A stretch of 63,777 nucleotides of DNA, counting the filler, from Octopus bimaculoides (lineage: Eukaryota): the NCBI RefSeq assembly GCF_001194135.2. It is 7 parts of 7 records of this genome, joined end to end, with 100 filler letters (N's around TTAATTAATTAA, not from the genome) between each part and the next. Parts side by side here need not be neighbours in the genome. Positions count along the whole stretch, not along the records: positions 46,659 to 55,414 come from NC_069007.1; positions 55,515 to 60,730 come from NC_068984.1; positions 60,831 to 62,283 come from NW_026383966.1; positions 62,384 to 63,777 come from NC_068996.1; 3 more parts are not named here. One strand, written 5' to 3'. A model generated the notes under the pieces. That model was not told the origin of the DNA. It saw nothing but the letters and a program-made list of their open reading frames with translations, and made no database searches. Each line of letters starts with the position of its first letter. Positions within the stretch are counted from its first letter, which is position 1. Below, in pieces: positions 52,543 to 63,777 of this stretch. Position numbers and translations under genes: made by a program.

Positions 52543-53775
52543 TGATGATGATGATGATGATGGTAATAATAATAATAATAATAATAGTAACAATAAATGC
52601 ACCTGTGGCCTCGTGGGAACTGCTAAAGTAATCATAGTTTGTGTTTCATTTAAAAGATATCTTTAATCTAAAATGGATGGCGAGGCAAATACAATTGTTA
52701 ACTTGAATATTTACAGAAGATGAGATCTAAGTTTGGTGCACAAAGATAATGCGAGCATTGATAAGTAGAGCTGTTGGATTGATGTGTGAAAAGCTAGGAA
52801 GGTATGTAGCCTTGCTAGATTGTTTGTAGGCTAGCTAGACAGAAAATGAGAAACACACATACACATACATACATACGTGCATAAAGCAACAAAAGCACGC
52901 ACATAAAAACATACACACACACGCACACATACACAAATATGTATTTGTGTGTGTGTGCATGTATGCATACATCTATCACATTTATATACGAGAAAAAGAA
53001 AGAAAATGGAATTCACAAAATTCTTTATTAATGACTACGATCGTTTCAACATATCGCGCATCGGTGACTCGCGGGTGAGATTCTGTACACATATTTGTGG
53101 TGCATCATTCAGTGCATATGAGCCATGTCAGGCAACTTGTCAAAAGGTGCCTCGTTCTATAATCTCCATTTCGCTTGTTTCGATTAGAATACATCTTGGT
53201 ATTTGCCTCAAGTTAATCGCATACAGAAGAAAACATGAGTTGGTATGAAGAACAGTTTTGTTATAAAGAAAGAAGTACGTTAGTAGAAACGTTAGCACGC
53301 CGGGCGAAATGCTTAGCGGTATTTCGTCTGCCCTTACGTTCTGAGTTCAAATTCCGACGAGGTCGACCTTGCCTTTCATCCTTTCAGGATCGATAAATTA
53401 AGTACCAATTACGCACTGGGGTCGATGTAATCGATTTAATCCCTTCGTCTGTCCTTGTTTGTCCCCTCTACGTTTAGCCCCTTGTGGGCAATAAAGTAAT
53501 AAGAAAGAGGTAGCTTTTAAGCGTACGGATGGACGTAATATCGCTAAGCATTTCCCTTGGCCTGCTAACAATTCGGCCAACTCACCACCTCAGTCCTTTC
53601 TACTGTAGGCACAAAGCCTGAAATTTGAGGGAAGGGGCTAAGTCGATTACATCAATCCCAGTGCTTAACTGGGACTTATTTTTATCAATCCCGAAAGGAT
53701 GAAAGACAAAGCTGACCTCGGCGGAATTTGATCTCAGAACATAAGGGCGGACGCCTTACAACAACAACAACAACA

Positions 53776-53833
<58 letters not shown>

Positions 53834-54734
53834 ATAATAATAATAATAATAATAATAATTTCTAATCTTTGCACAACACCAGCAATTTTGAGAGGAGGGG
53901 ATTAGCCAATACCCTCGAACCCTAGTACTTTACTTTTATTCTAGTTTAACGACTTCGGAAGTTAGCGTTAGCGTACAAACGTACATACGTACATACATAC
54001 AGACAGACAGACATGTTTTATCTTTTACCTTTTACTTGTTTCAGTCAACCGACAGCAACCAGTGATGACAGTGACTATAGATACTCAAAGGGCTTCTTTC
54101 AGTTTCCGTTAACCAAATCCACTTACAAGGCTTTGGTAGACCCGGACCTATAGTATAAAAAACTTGGGAAGGTGCCTCGCTGTGGAACTGAACATAGATC
54201 AAGATTAAAGGCGTGGAAATACATATATTTAGTGGAAGTGAAATGTAAGAAGATAGTTAAAGGTCGAATTTTATAGACTGGTAGAAATTACTTGTAGGAA
54301 CTAAAGTTATGTTTTTGCCAATGTTTGCAACGATAAACCCGTTCTTTAAACGTGTTTACAAGAAGATTCTCTGAGAACAGGATGAAATACAGTTCAACGT
54401 TACAGAGCGAACAAAAAGATTTACCTTTATCATAAGGAAATGACCTAGATAGAATATTCTATTCCAAATCAAATTGTTTATTATGGAATATTCTATCTAA
54501 GCATTGAAAAGTCACAACAATGACGAAACATCGATGTTTGTCGCTCTGAAAGGGACTTGTCTCGCTTTCCTTTCGGGTGGTTTTAATATAACACCAGGCG
54601 CATTGACAATATATTCTCTTACGCCTAAAAACGCAGCCGACGCGAGAACTGACAACGCACAAACACACCTTGTGTCTGTGTTCGATTTTGTTTATATACG
54701 TCGAGCTGTTTCTAATTCGTATTTGAATATATCT

Positions 54735-55380
54735 ATATATACGTCACTAAAGTGGCTGACGGCATTAGTTAGCACCAGTATTACTAGAAATAAGAGCGAA
54801 AACAATTCATAGCCACAAGAAGCACAAGAAACGCCTAGGCATAGCCAGATCAAAATGATTTCGCATTTATATTAATCCACGTCAGATTATCGCAGAAATC
54901 ATACGCTGATTTCCTAAACGGTAGAAGGGAAAATTATAAATAATAATGGTAGCTTGTTCACAATTTTACAATCGAAAGTTAGAAATATATACGTCACTGA
55001 AGTGGCTGAGGGCACTAGCCAGCATCAGTATTGCTAGAAATAAGAGTTAAAACAACTCAATAGCCGCAAGAAGCATTTATCTTAATGACTGACAAGGGAG
55101 GCAAGCTCACTCAGCGCCAGATCACAGTGATTTAACTCTTATTTCTAGCAATACTGATGCTGACTAGTGCCCTCAGCCACTTCAGTGATGTATATATTTC
55201 TGCCTTTCGATTGTAAAATTGTGAACAAGCCACCCTTATTATCTATAATTTTCTCTTTTACCGTTTAGGAAATCAACATATGATTTCTGCGATAATCTTA
55301 TAAACTGACAAAGCGAATTGAGTTTAAACCAAAGGGTTAGGTGATAGTCACTGACATGGATTAATATAAATGCGAAATCA
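54735..55380. repeat. 250-bp unit in direct tandem followed by an inverted copy
   Basis: ATATATACGTCACT.AAGTGGCTGA starts at 54735 and 54985. About 55132-55380 is the reverse complement of about 54858-55055 with an insertion. Confidence 0.85.
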
Positions 55381-55381
55381 C

Positions 55382-55414
<33 letters not shown>

Positions 55415-55514
55415 NNNNNNNNNNNNNNNNNNNNNNNNNNNNNNNNNNNNNNNNNNNNTTAATTAATTAANNNNNNNNNNNNNNNNNNNNNNNNNNNNNN
55501 NNNNNNNNNNNNNN

Positions 55515-55579
<65 letters not shown>

Positions 55580-55700
55580 GTGAGTGCCATTTACACATAC
55601 ATGAGAACACATACATTCACTCACTCACTCTCTCTCTCTCTCACACACACGCACATGTACATACAAAAAAGATGTATGCATATGTATTGATTTATGTACG

Positions 55701-55820
55701 TCACTCCCTTTCTCTCTCTCTTTCTCCTTTCCTCTATCTCTTTCTCCCTTCCTCTCTCTCTTTCTCCCTTCCTCTCTCTCTTTCTCCCTTCCTCTCTCTC
55801 TTACTCCCTTCCTCTATCTC
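55701..55820 (+). repeat. 20-bp polypyrimidine tandem repeat (TTTCTCCCTTCCTCTCTCTC) x about 6
   Basis: Directly visible with period 20. Confidence 0.85.
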
Positions 55821-56384
55821 TTCCCCCTCTCTCTCTCACACACGTCCATTTTATATACACGTACATACATCTTTCATTTCCTCCTCTATTTCACTTTAAA
55901 ACAAAAGTAAATAAATAAACGTATTTTATGGAAATTAACGAACACACATAGCAGTTCTGCAAGTCAACATGAAAGATCACCTAAGCAACTTTATTATAAT
56001 ACAGATGTAACTAATTCGGAGAAACATTACTTTCATTATTCATACATCGTCAGTCTCGTAATCGAACACTGTAATTTTGGTTCAAATTGAAAGTGTGAAA
56101 CTATTTTCACTTTCTAATGAAACCTGGTCGTTGTAACTTTCAATATCAGTGCGTTTCACTGTTGGGTGGGTGCGTGGGGGGAGGTAAAGTCACATACATA
56201 TACTAAGACACACACACATATATTAACGCACACCTCAAGCCTATCTCTATTCCTGTGTGTGTCTGTGTCTTTAGATGTGTGTGTGTGTCAGTGGTCACAA
56301 AACTGTATGTATACTGACAGGCACAAACACCGCCTCACACATATACTTGGTCCACATCTTTTAACCGTTGGCTTCGTGGTTGTT

Positions 56385-58110
56385 GTGTAAAGCTTCGCCT
56401 TTGTTAGAAGTCTTTTTAGCGATTCATATTTCTTTTGCATTAAGTGAAGTTATGTGTTTTCAGAATGTTGTTCATTTTTGGGTCTCTAGTGAGCATAGGT
56501 AGATTTTGTACAATAGTGTTGTATGCCTCATTGTTCCTAGGGTTGTGAGTTGATATATACAGGAGTGTTTTGAGATAAGGTGTGGTGTTACGTTATGTTG
56601 CCCTTATTGTTTTAATGTTTAATTTCTTAGCACGCTTAATCCCATCGTCTATAAGTGAGGGTGGATATGGATATTGCTTTTCAGTTAGTGTTGTTCTGAG
56701 GTCTTGAAGACGAAGATCCCGAGTATTTGTATCAGACACTATTGTGCAAACCCTTTTTGCTAAATTAAAGGGGATATTTATTTTGATGTGTTTCGGGTGG
56801 CATGAGCTAAACAGGAGATATTGCTTCGAGTCCGTTGGTTTATGATAGATGTCAGTTATAATTTGGTTGTAGACTTTTTTTTATCATGATATCCAAAAAA
56901 GGGGAGCTGGTATTTGCTATATTCCATTGTGAATTGAATGTTAGAGTTTATATTATTTAGTATTGATTTGAATTCTAAAAGTTTATCAATGGTCTCCAAC
57001 CAAATGATAAAGCAGTCATCCAGGTATCTTTCCCAGTTCTCGCTTATAGAATGGTGAAATGGAAATGCATATTTTTGCAGTGACACTTCATATATGGTGA
57101 GTTCAAAATAATCCATTATTAGGTTCGCAAGAATAGGAGCTGCTTTCGTTCCCATCGCAATTCCACATTTTTAGCGATAGTAAGTGTCATCAAATAGGAA
57201 ATAATTGATCTGAAGTATAAATTTTAAAGATTCAACAATAAAGACTTGATTTATGTGTTCCAGAAGTACTTCGGGGTACTTTTCCAACCAGAATTTTATT
57301 GCTTCTATTTCATAGTCTTGTGGGATGCTGGTGTAAAGATTAATAACATCGAAGGAAACCAATATTGCCTCTTCATTAGTTGTTTTTGGTAGGTGCTCTA
57401 ACATGTCTAGATCATCTCTAATGAAACTTTTGATGTAGGATGTCTAGAAAATTGCTTAGGCGCTTTGATATTTATATATTTGCCTGGTGATTGTTTGCAG
57501 GCTTCATTAACTATCTTGTTCTTGTGTATTTTAGGTAGGCCGTAAAAAAGACTAGGTTTACATTTAAAGTTCTTGATATAATCTATATCTTTTTCTGTCA
57601 GGCCTTTTCCATTTAGATGCAAAATTTCCATGTAGATGCAAACCTTTTCCATTAAGGATGCAAGTTTTTTCATTGTTGTTTATAGTTTACAACTTTTTCG
57701 TAGATGGTATCGTTTTCGAGCATGGATAATACTAGGTTTTTGTAGTATTCAGTGTCCATCAGGACAACACTTCCTTTGTCTGCTTCTTTAATTGTCAGTT
57801 CTTTGTCCTTTTGTAGTTTAATTACATTTTTCCATTCTAAATTGTTGAGGTTTCAATTATTTTTTCAGTTATGGAAAGTATTTGGGAAAGCTCGGATATG
57901 GTCGCAGAAGTCATCTAGTGTTTTATTCCTACCTTCTGTTTTTAACCAGTGATTCATCCTCGTTGTTGTAGTCAGTTAGTGCTTCTGTGTGTCGTAGTTT
58001 TCTGCAGAATTCCGAAATATTGTCTTCAATTTCATTCTAGTTAGATCTTCGTGGGGTTGGGATAAATTTTAATCCTTTAGCTAGTATATTAATTTTTGTT
58101 GCAGACAGAG
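56385..58110 (-). mobile_element. Penelope-like retroelement, decayed RT ORF truncated before the GIY-YIG domain
   Basis: FYGLPKIHK, LVSFDVINLYTSIP, MGTKAAPILANL, RYLDDCFIIW, IQFTME..LPF, and TDIYHKPTDSKQYLLFSSCHPKH are all PLE RT signatures. Multiple stops and frameshifts are present. Confidence 0.9.
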
Positions 58111-58129
58111 TTTTCTTTAATAAATTTAA

Positions 58130-58620
58130 TACTTTGTGTTTCTCCTGTACGTTTTGTTCCAACGTGTGTCCCTGTTTCTCTCCACTCGATCTAAAAAATA
58201 TTTATTATAATGTAAAAAATGTTTACTATAAATTTTATTTTGGAAAATTTGTTCATCGAAAAATACAGAACAGGTCTAAATATGAACGCACAACCAACTT
58301 TGATCTCAGTATATATTTTGATTCATGATTACATTCCCATCACTGTACATATTTCTTCTCACTACTTTAGCTTTTGAGTTTTTGTGTATATTTATCCCCT
58401 CCCCGAAAGATGAACAATTACCTCCCCTATTCCTAGTAATAACGATCACCAAATTACTTCCCCTTAGATTTTCTCTACTCACAACATGGACTAAAATCTT
58501 TAGAAAATACGAAATTACAGAAATTTCAATGCCATGATTAGCGAAAGCGAAACCGGTCGACAAACAGTATAAAATATATTAAAAGATATATTAAAACTAT
58601 GTAACGTATGCGCACTTTCC
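58130..58620 (+). mobile_element. Probable inverted 3' end (pseudo-LTR) of a Penelope-like element
   Basis: LENLFIEKYRTGLN at 58240-58281 resembles a GIY-YIG C-terminus. It is followed by UTR-like DNA and a hammerhead-like motif, in opposite orientation to the adjacent RT. Confidence 0.5.
58530..58562 (+). ncRNA. Putative minimal hammerhead ribozyme with A3-U8 core
   Basis: TGCC-ATGATTA-GC GAAA GC-GAAAC-CG-GTC|GACA gives a GNRA-capped 2-bp stem II, a palindromic stem III, a GUC triplet, and a stem I with 3 of 4 pairs. Confidence 0.45.
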
Positions 58621-59348
58621 CTCTTTTATTTTATATATACTTTTTGCATTACAACTCACTACGAGGGGATAATAGAAATTCCTCTCTTTGTGTTACTATA
58701 TATGTGTGTGTGTGTGTGTGTGCGTGTGTGTATTCTTTTATTCTTTTACTTGTTTCATTAATTTGACTGCAGTAATGCTGGAGCACGCCTTATACATAGT
58801 TTCTGTTTTACTATTTATTTGTCTTAGTCATTGAATTGCGATCATGTTAGAGATGTGCATTGAAAGGCTTTTGTTTTGCATATCGACCTCCATACGCAGA
58901 TACACAGAGGCACATAGACACACTCACACGCACACACATACACATCACATACTTCAGCTTAATTTCTTTGAACTAAGAACTGACCTAAGTTGATTCAGAT
59001 TATTTCCCTTGCACTTCTAATGCCTTAAGGATAAGAGAGAACGGCAAAGATTCTCATTGTGTCATTAAAATGTCAGGAATATTCATTCTCTCTTTTCGAT
59101 TTTTAGATAAGTATTTGTTCGTCTCCTTCGTGGAATTACAGCTGGCCATGTTGATTGGGTATTTAACTTCAGAATCTATAGAGAGATTGTTAGTCAAGTC
59201 GGTGTTAGTATATTTAACCCTGGGAAAATTAAAAAAGCTAACTAGAAATAATTATGTAGAGGTAAAATAAATTAGTTAATGTCTATTGGTGAGCTTGTAG
59301 AATCATTAACGACTTGGACAAAATGCTGAACGGCATTTTTTCAGACTA

Positions 59349-59894
59349 CGGTAATCCTTCGACTATCGCAGGTGTTACGTTCCAACCTTAACTATCGCGA
59401 TGGGTGAAAATCCGCGAAGTAGAAATAGTACTGTACCGTATATTTTTTTTATTACTTTTATAATTTGTGTATATTTATTTTATTACTTTTATATATTTCT
59501 GCTTTTATAAACTCTCCCCACACTCTTAGAAGTACTCGTGATATGGCATGTGATTACTATACTTATTGCTTTCCGAGTTTCGTTTTTCATACAGTATGTG
59601 CGATGCATTGTTTATATATATATATGCGGTACTCTACGTATTTTCTTTATTACGATTTAATTAATGTGTTGTACAGTGCAGTACTGTACTGTATCTTTAT
59701 TTAATTATTTATTTATTTATTTATTTTTAGGCGTGAAAATGCCTAAAATAATTCAAATCTAAAAAGAATTTAAATACCTATCAGCCGCAGAAACACTGAG
59801 GAGTCCCCGCTATAAATTTACATATATTAGCCAGAACAATTCACGTTGTACAGAGGGCGCGATAGGTGAACCGTGATATGGCGTGTGAATACTA
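59349..59894. mobile_element. Tigger/pogo-like MITE with diverged TIRs
   Basis: TA|CGGTAATCCTTCGACTATCGC on the left and GCGATAGGTGAACCGTGATATGGCGTGTGAATACTA|TA on the right. Confidence 0.4.
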
Positions 59895-60139
59895 TACTTA
59901 TGTCCTGGGATCTACTTTGCCTTTCATCCTTTCGGAGTGGTTATAATAAGTACCAGTTTTACATTGGGCTCGATATAATTGACTTACCTTTCCTATAAAA
60001 TTACTAACTTTGTGCCAAAATTTGAAACCGTTATTAATTTTTTTACGGCATGTAGTGGAGATAACGCCACACGTTTCGGTTTTCTTATGATTTCACCAGT
60101 GAAGTTTCGTATTCGTTGTACGTGTCGATGGTAGATCAA

Positions 60140-60730
60140 TCAGGTTGATTAAAAAGTAAGGAATGTTTTGAACCATGAAGAATTTGTACCGGATTTTTAT
60201 AGAGTTTGCAATTGTCTGATAATATAGACGTAGACTTACCCAAAATAAATTAGCATTGATATATTTTTCACTGTTGTTACAATCATCTGAAATAGAACTG
60301 TCAAAGTGCAATATTCAAGCAATTTTGCTATTTAACTACCAAAAAAGGACGTAAAGCAGCTGATACTGTTCGCGATATCACTGAAACATTTGGTGAGGAA
60401 CTGACTAGTGAGTGATCAGCTGGAAAATGGTTTAAACGATTTCGCAGTGGACACTTGAGCCTTGAAGATAGTGAGCGTAGTGGACGCCCATCTGTCATCG
60501 ACGGCGGTCAATTTAAAACTGTCATTGAGAAAGATTCACGTAAAACCACTCGAGAACGGACAAAAGAACTTCAAGTTGGCGAGAAAACTACCTGCAACCA
60601 TTTACATGCGATCGGAAAATCGAAAAAGCTCGACAAATGGGTACCTCACGATTTGAATGAAAACCAGAAAATGCGCGATACGAAATTTGCTCATCGCTTC
60701 TTCTCTGTAACCAGACCGATCCATATTTCA
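60140..60730 (+). mobile_element. Mariner transposon 5' half, disabled
   Basis: Degenerate start at 60292. KAADTVRDITETFG..SAGKWFKRFRSGHLSLEDSERSGRP and KKLDKWVPHDLNENQK (WVPHEL motif). Truncated by a join. Confidence 0.88.
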
Positions 60731-63700
60731 NNNNNNNNNNNNNNNNNNNNNNNNNNNNNNNNNNNNNNNNNNNNTTAATTAATTAANNNNNNNNNNNNNN
60801 NNNNNNNNNNNNNNNNNNNNNNNNNNNNNNGTATTTTTAACTTTGATCCGTTAATAATAATAACAATAAGATAAATAGCCCGAGGACGCACTGGTAGATT
60901 TATGTATAAGGTATAGCCTTGATAAACACCCCATCAGCGCAGAAACACGTGTAGCGTTGATTAAAAATATCTTCTTTACCCACAGATTAATAACAGGTAA
61001 GTTATATATATTTTTTCAAATATTTTTTCAAATAATTTTATTGTATTTTATAGTAGGTTTATTAAATGCTTATATTATTTTATTGGATATAACTTTCTAT
61101 GTGTATTCCATGCAATAAGGTTGTCCTCAAATATGAGTTGCAGTTCTATTGGTAAAATCCCAAATTTGTAATAATATTATATATGTGTGTGTGTATATGT
61201 GGGTGTGGGTGTGTGTGTGTGTGTGTACTGACAGGGCACAGATAGTGTGTCAATAGGCAGCCGGAGGAGATGTCTTCCAAGGGCTACAAGCTACAGTAGC
61301 ATCGGCCCTTAAGGGTTAGCCACATTTAGGTGGCAAATATACTTCACGATGTCGTGCTGCTACTGTTTACATATCACTCAGATATTTATTATTGTTTATA
61401 TATATCTTAATATATAAAGCTGAAGTTGTGTGTCTGTGTGAAGCCTTTTTGAAAGTTTATAGAAATCCACATTTTCCACTTTTTCGTAAAAATTTTTTAC
61501 ATCAATAGAATTTTCTCGATGTGAACTTTCCAGTGCAGTAATTAGATTTTTTAAATTCCGTTTACTTTGTGTGATTTAAGGAGATTTGGCTGTTGTTTCT
61601 AGCATCTTTTATATTTCTTCCCTTCTACATGGAACAGCGTTCTTACACACGCCCTCAACTGAGAGAGAAAGTGATACATACAACGTCATAGATTAAACTT
61701 TCTTTTCAGTATTCTTTACCTATTTTTCATAACATTGATACGTAAAAACACACACAACCATACATACGTAATCTGTAACAGCAACATACACATTGCTCCC
61801 GTTCTCTATCTATCCCTCTTCTTCTCTTCCTCTCTCGCTCTCTCAAACGCATACACGTGCAAGTAAACACAATCATTCACGTTCGTCAATGTGGCATAAC
61901 TAGAGTTGTACCCACCGACTTTGGAAGGTCATAACTTTCATAAAAATGAACATTTTTTAATGAAATTTTCTATGCATATATTATTTATTATGTAGATTCC
62001 GAATATACAACAATTTTCGGTGAAAGTGTTTTTTGAGGGGGGTAGGGGACAATTTTCGAAAATTCCACTTAAATTCCTCTTAACTTCCAGGAAAATGAAT
62101 ATTTTTTCGTGAAATTTTCTACAAATATACCTTGATGTATGTACATTTCGAGTATGTGGGAAATTTGAAGGAAACAACTGCGGGTTATTTTTGAGAAGTG
62201 TTCCCCACTCGGTGGTGTTTCGGAGCAAGTTGCCCATATTTGTTTCATTTTTCTCTATTATGTGCGTAAGTGCATCCATAGATNNNNNNNNNNNNNNNNN
62301 NNNNNNNNNNNNNNNNNNNNNNNNNNNTTAATTAATTAANNNNNNNNNNNNNNNNNNNNNNNNNNNNNNNNNNNNNNNNNNNNACACGAGAGCAGAGAGG
62401 ATGGTGGAGGGAGGAAGTGGAACAAGGAGGAAGGGACAGAAGGGTATAGCAGTGGATATATATATACACTTTCCCTACACTGAGAGGTTGTTGTTGTTGT
62501 TGTTGTTGTTGAGAGACAAATACAGTGAGAGAGAGAGAGTGTGTGTGTATGTGTGTGTGAAATACAGATAGATATCACTATACTAATTAGCAAGCTTTGA
62601 TTGAAAGCAGGAATAAGAGATACAAGATTCTGTGTAGTTGTATCTAAGACAATCAAGTGACATGATGTGCGGCTATTCTAATCAGAGGGAGATTCAACTG
62701 CGAAGGGACGTTCAGTGAACCAGAAAATATGGTATATTGTTATTAATAATTTAGCCTTAGAAAGTGTGGAAAATTTACATATTCCCACGAAAAAATCCAT
62801 AAAAAATTGCAGACAATATTTACGATTCCACAAATATGCAGTGGTTTCCGTGAACACTTACTAGTTCAGCAAATAGCCGGGACTGTGAATGCCAAACTGC
62901 AAATAAGCGGTTTTTATTTTATTTTATTTTACTTCATCTTAAATGATGAAGTAAAATAAAATAAAATTGTTGCTTCTTTTCATCAGTTTTCAAAGCTTGA
63001 ATTTGACTAAATTATTTGATTTAATATTATCAGTTATTAGTTATAACAATTATTAGTAACAATTAATAGTAGTGGCTTTCCTCACACCTCTCCATATTGA
63101 AAGTTTCATAGTTTTAAACATGTTTTAACAGAACATCTTTCTAATTTGCTGGGTAGGTCTTCCTCCACCTCCCTTCCCTCCTCTTCCTCTTCCTCCTGCT
63201 ATACAACTCTCTCCTTATCAACTGAGCTCCTTAATCATTAGTTACCAACTCTGAGATACAAAATACAAAAGCAGACATATTTGCCTTGAGTACAAATTTT
63301 CTTGAGGTGTTCATATGTTTCTAAGATAGGTAAGGACACTTGGCTTCACACATGCCTAAGTCTACCTGATTTATAATGAATAGATAGCTACTTGGCAACC
63401 TATGCAGGTTTGATGCCATACTATCAGAACTAACCATTTGTAAACAATTTAAGCTTGAGGAGAAGGGATAAGGTTGTAAGATATTTATCTTTACCTTTAC
63501 CTTTAATAACAGCAGACATGAAAAAAAAAGAAAAACCCACTGCAAAGGAGAGGTATGTATCTAGTCACTCAGAAAATCACATACCTCTACTTATAGAAAG
63601 AAATTGCTTTCTCAAACAGGTCAACTTACATACAGATATGCTTGACTTGTCAATTACAAACAACCTAAGTCTTATGTATAATAATGTGTCTATACAAAGG

Positions 63701-63777
63701 ACTTTATAGCCTTCTTCTTCTTCTTCTTCTTCTCCTCCCCTTCCCCATCCCCTTTCTTCTTCTTCTTCTTCTTCTTC

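Noticed and set aside
52949-53248. 99-aa ORF MEFTKFFINDYDRF... in unique DNA
   Set aside because: No recognisable domain. The ORF length is compatible with chance.
61405-62283. Possible Helitron-like non-autonomous element (TC-TTAATATATAAAG start)
   Set aside because: No 3' hairpin or CTRR end could be identified before the join, so the family cannot be supported.

Overview
AT-rich animal genomic DNA, rich in microsatellites and gaps. The SINE/LINE content looks like an octopus (coleoid cephalopod) assembly, which is an inference. The window is not continuous: six artificial 100-nt spacers (44 N + TTAATTAATTAA + 44 N) join seven segments ordered by decreasing length, so adjacency across them is unreliable. 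Segment 1 (1-24717) holds the last nine coding exons of CAND1 on the + strand (about 387 C-terminal aa, all GT-AG, phases consistent, stop at 20006-20008). Segment 2 holds two spliceable exons of a different gene with a FAK/PYK2-like DEPPPKPARP motif. The rest is mostly transposon-derived: RTE LINE fragments (one with a PHD-type finger inside the RT region), three SINE families, several mariner relics, a DD37D/maT relic, hAT-, piggyBac- and Tigger-like MITEs, and a Penelope-like retroelement. The most interesting signal is a set of minimal type I hammerhead-ribozyme motifs. Two fold-back elements carry outward-facing hammerhead motifs in their arms (21212-21693 and 40034-40236), and a third motif with an apparent A3-U8 core covariation sits in the inverted end of the Penelope-like element. 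ORFs in the track made of X runs or dinucleotide-repeat translations are artefacts.
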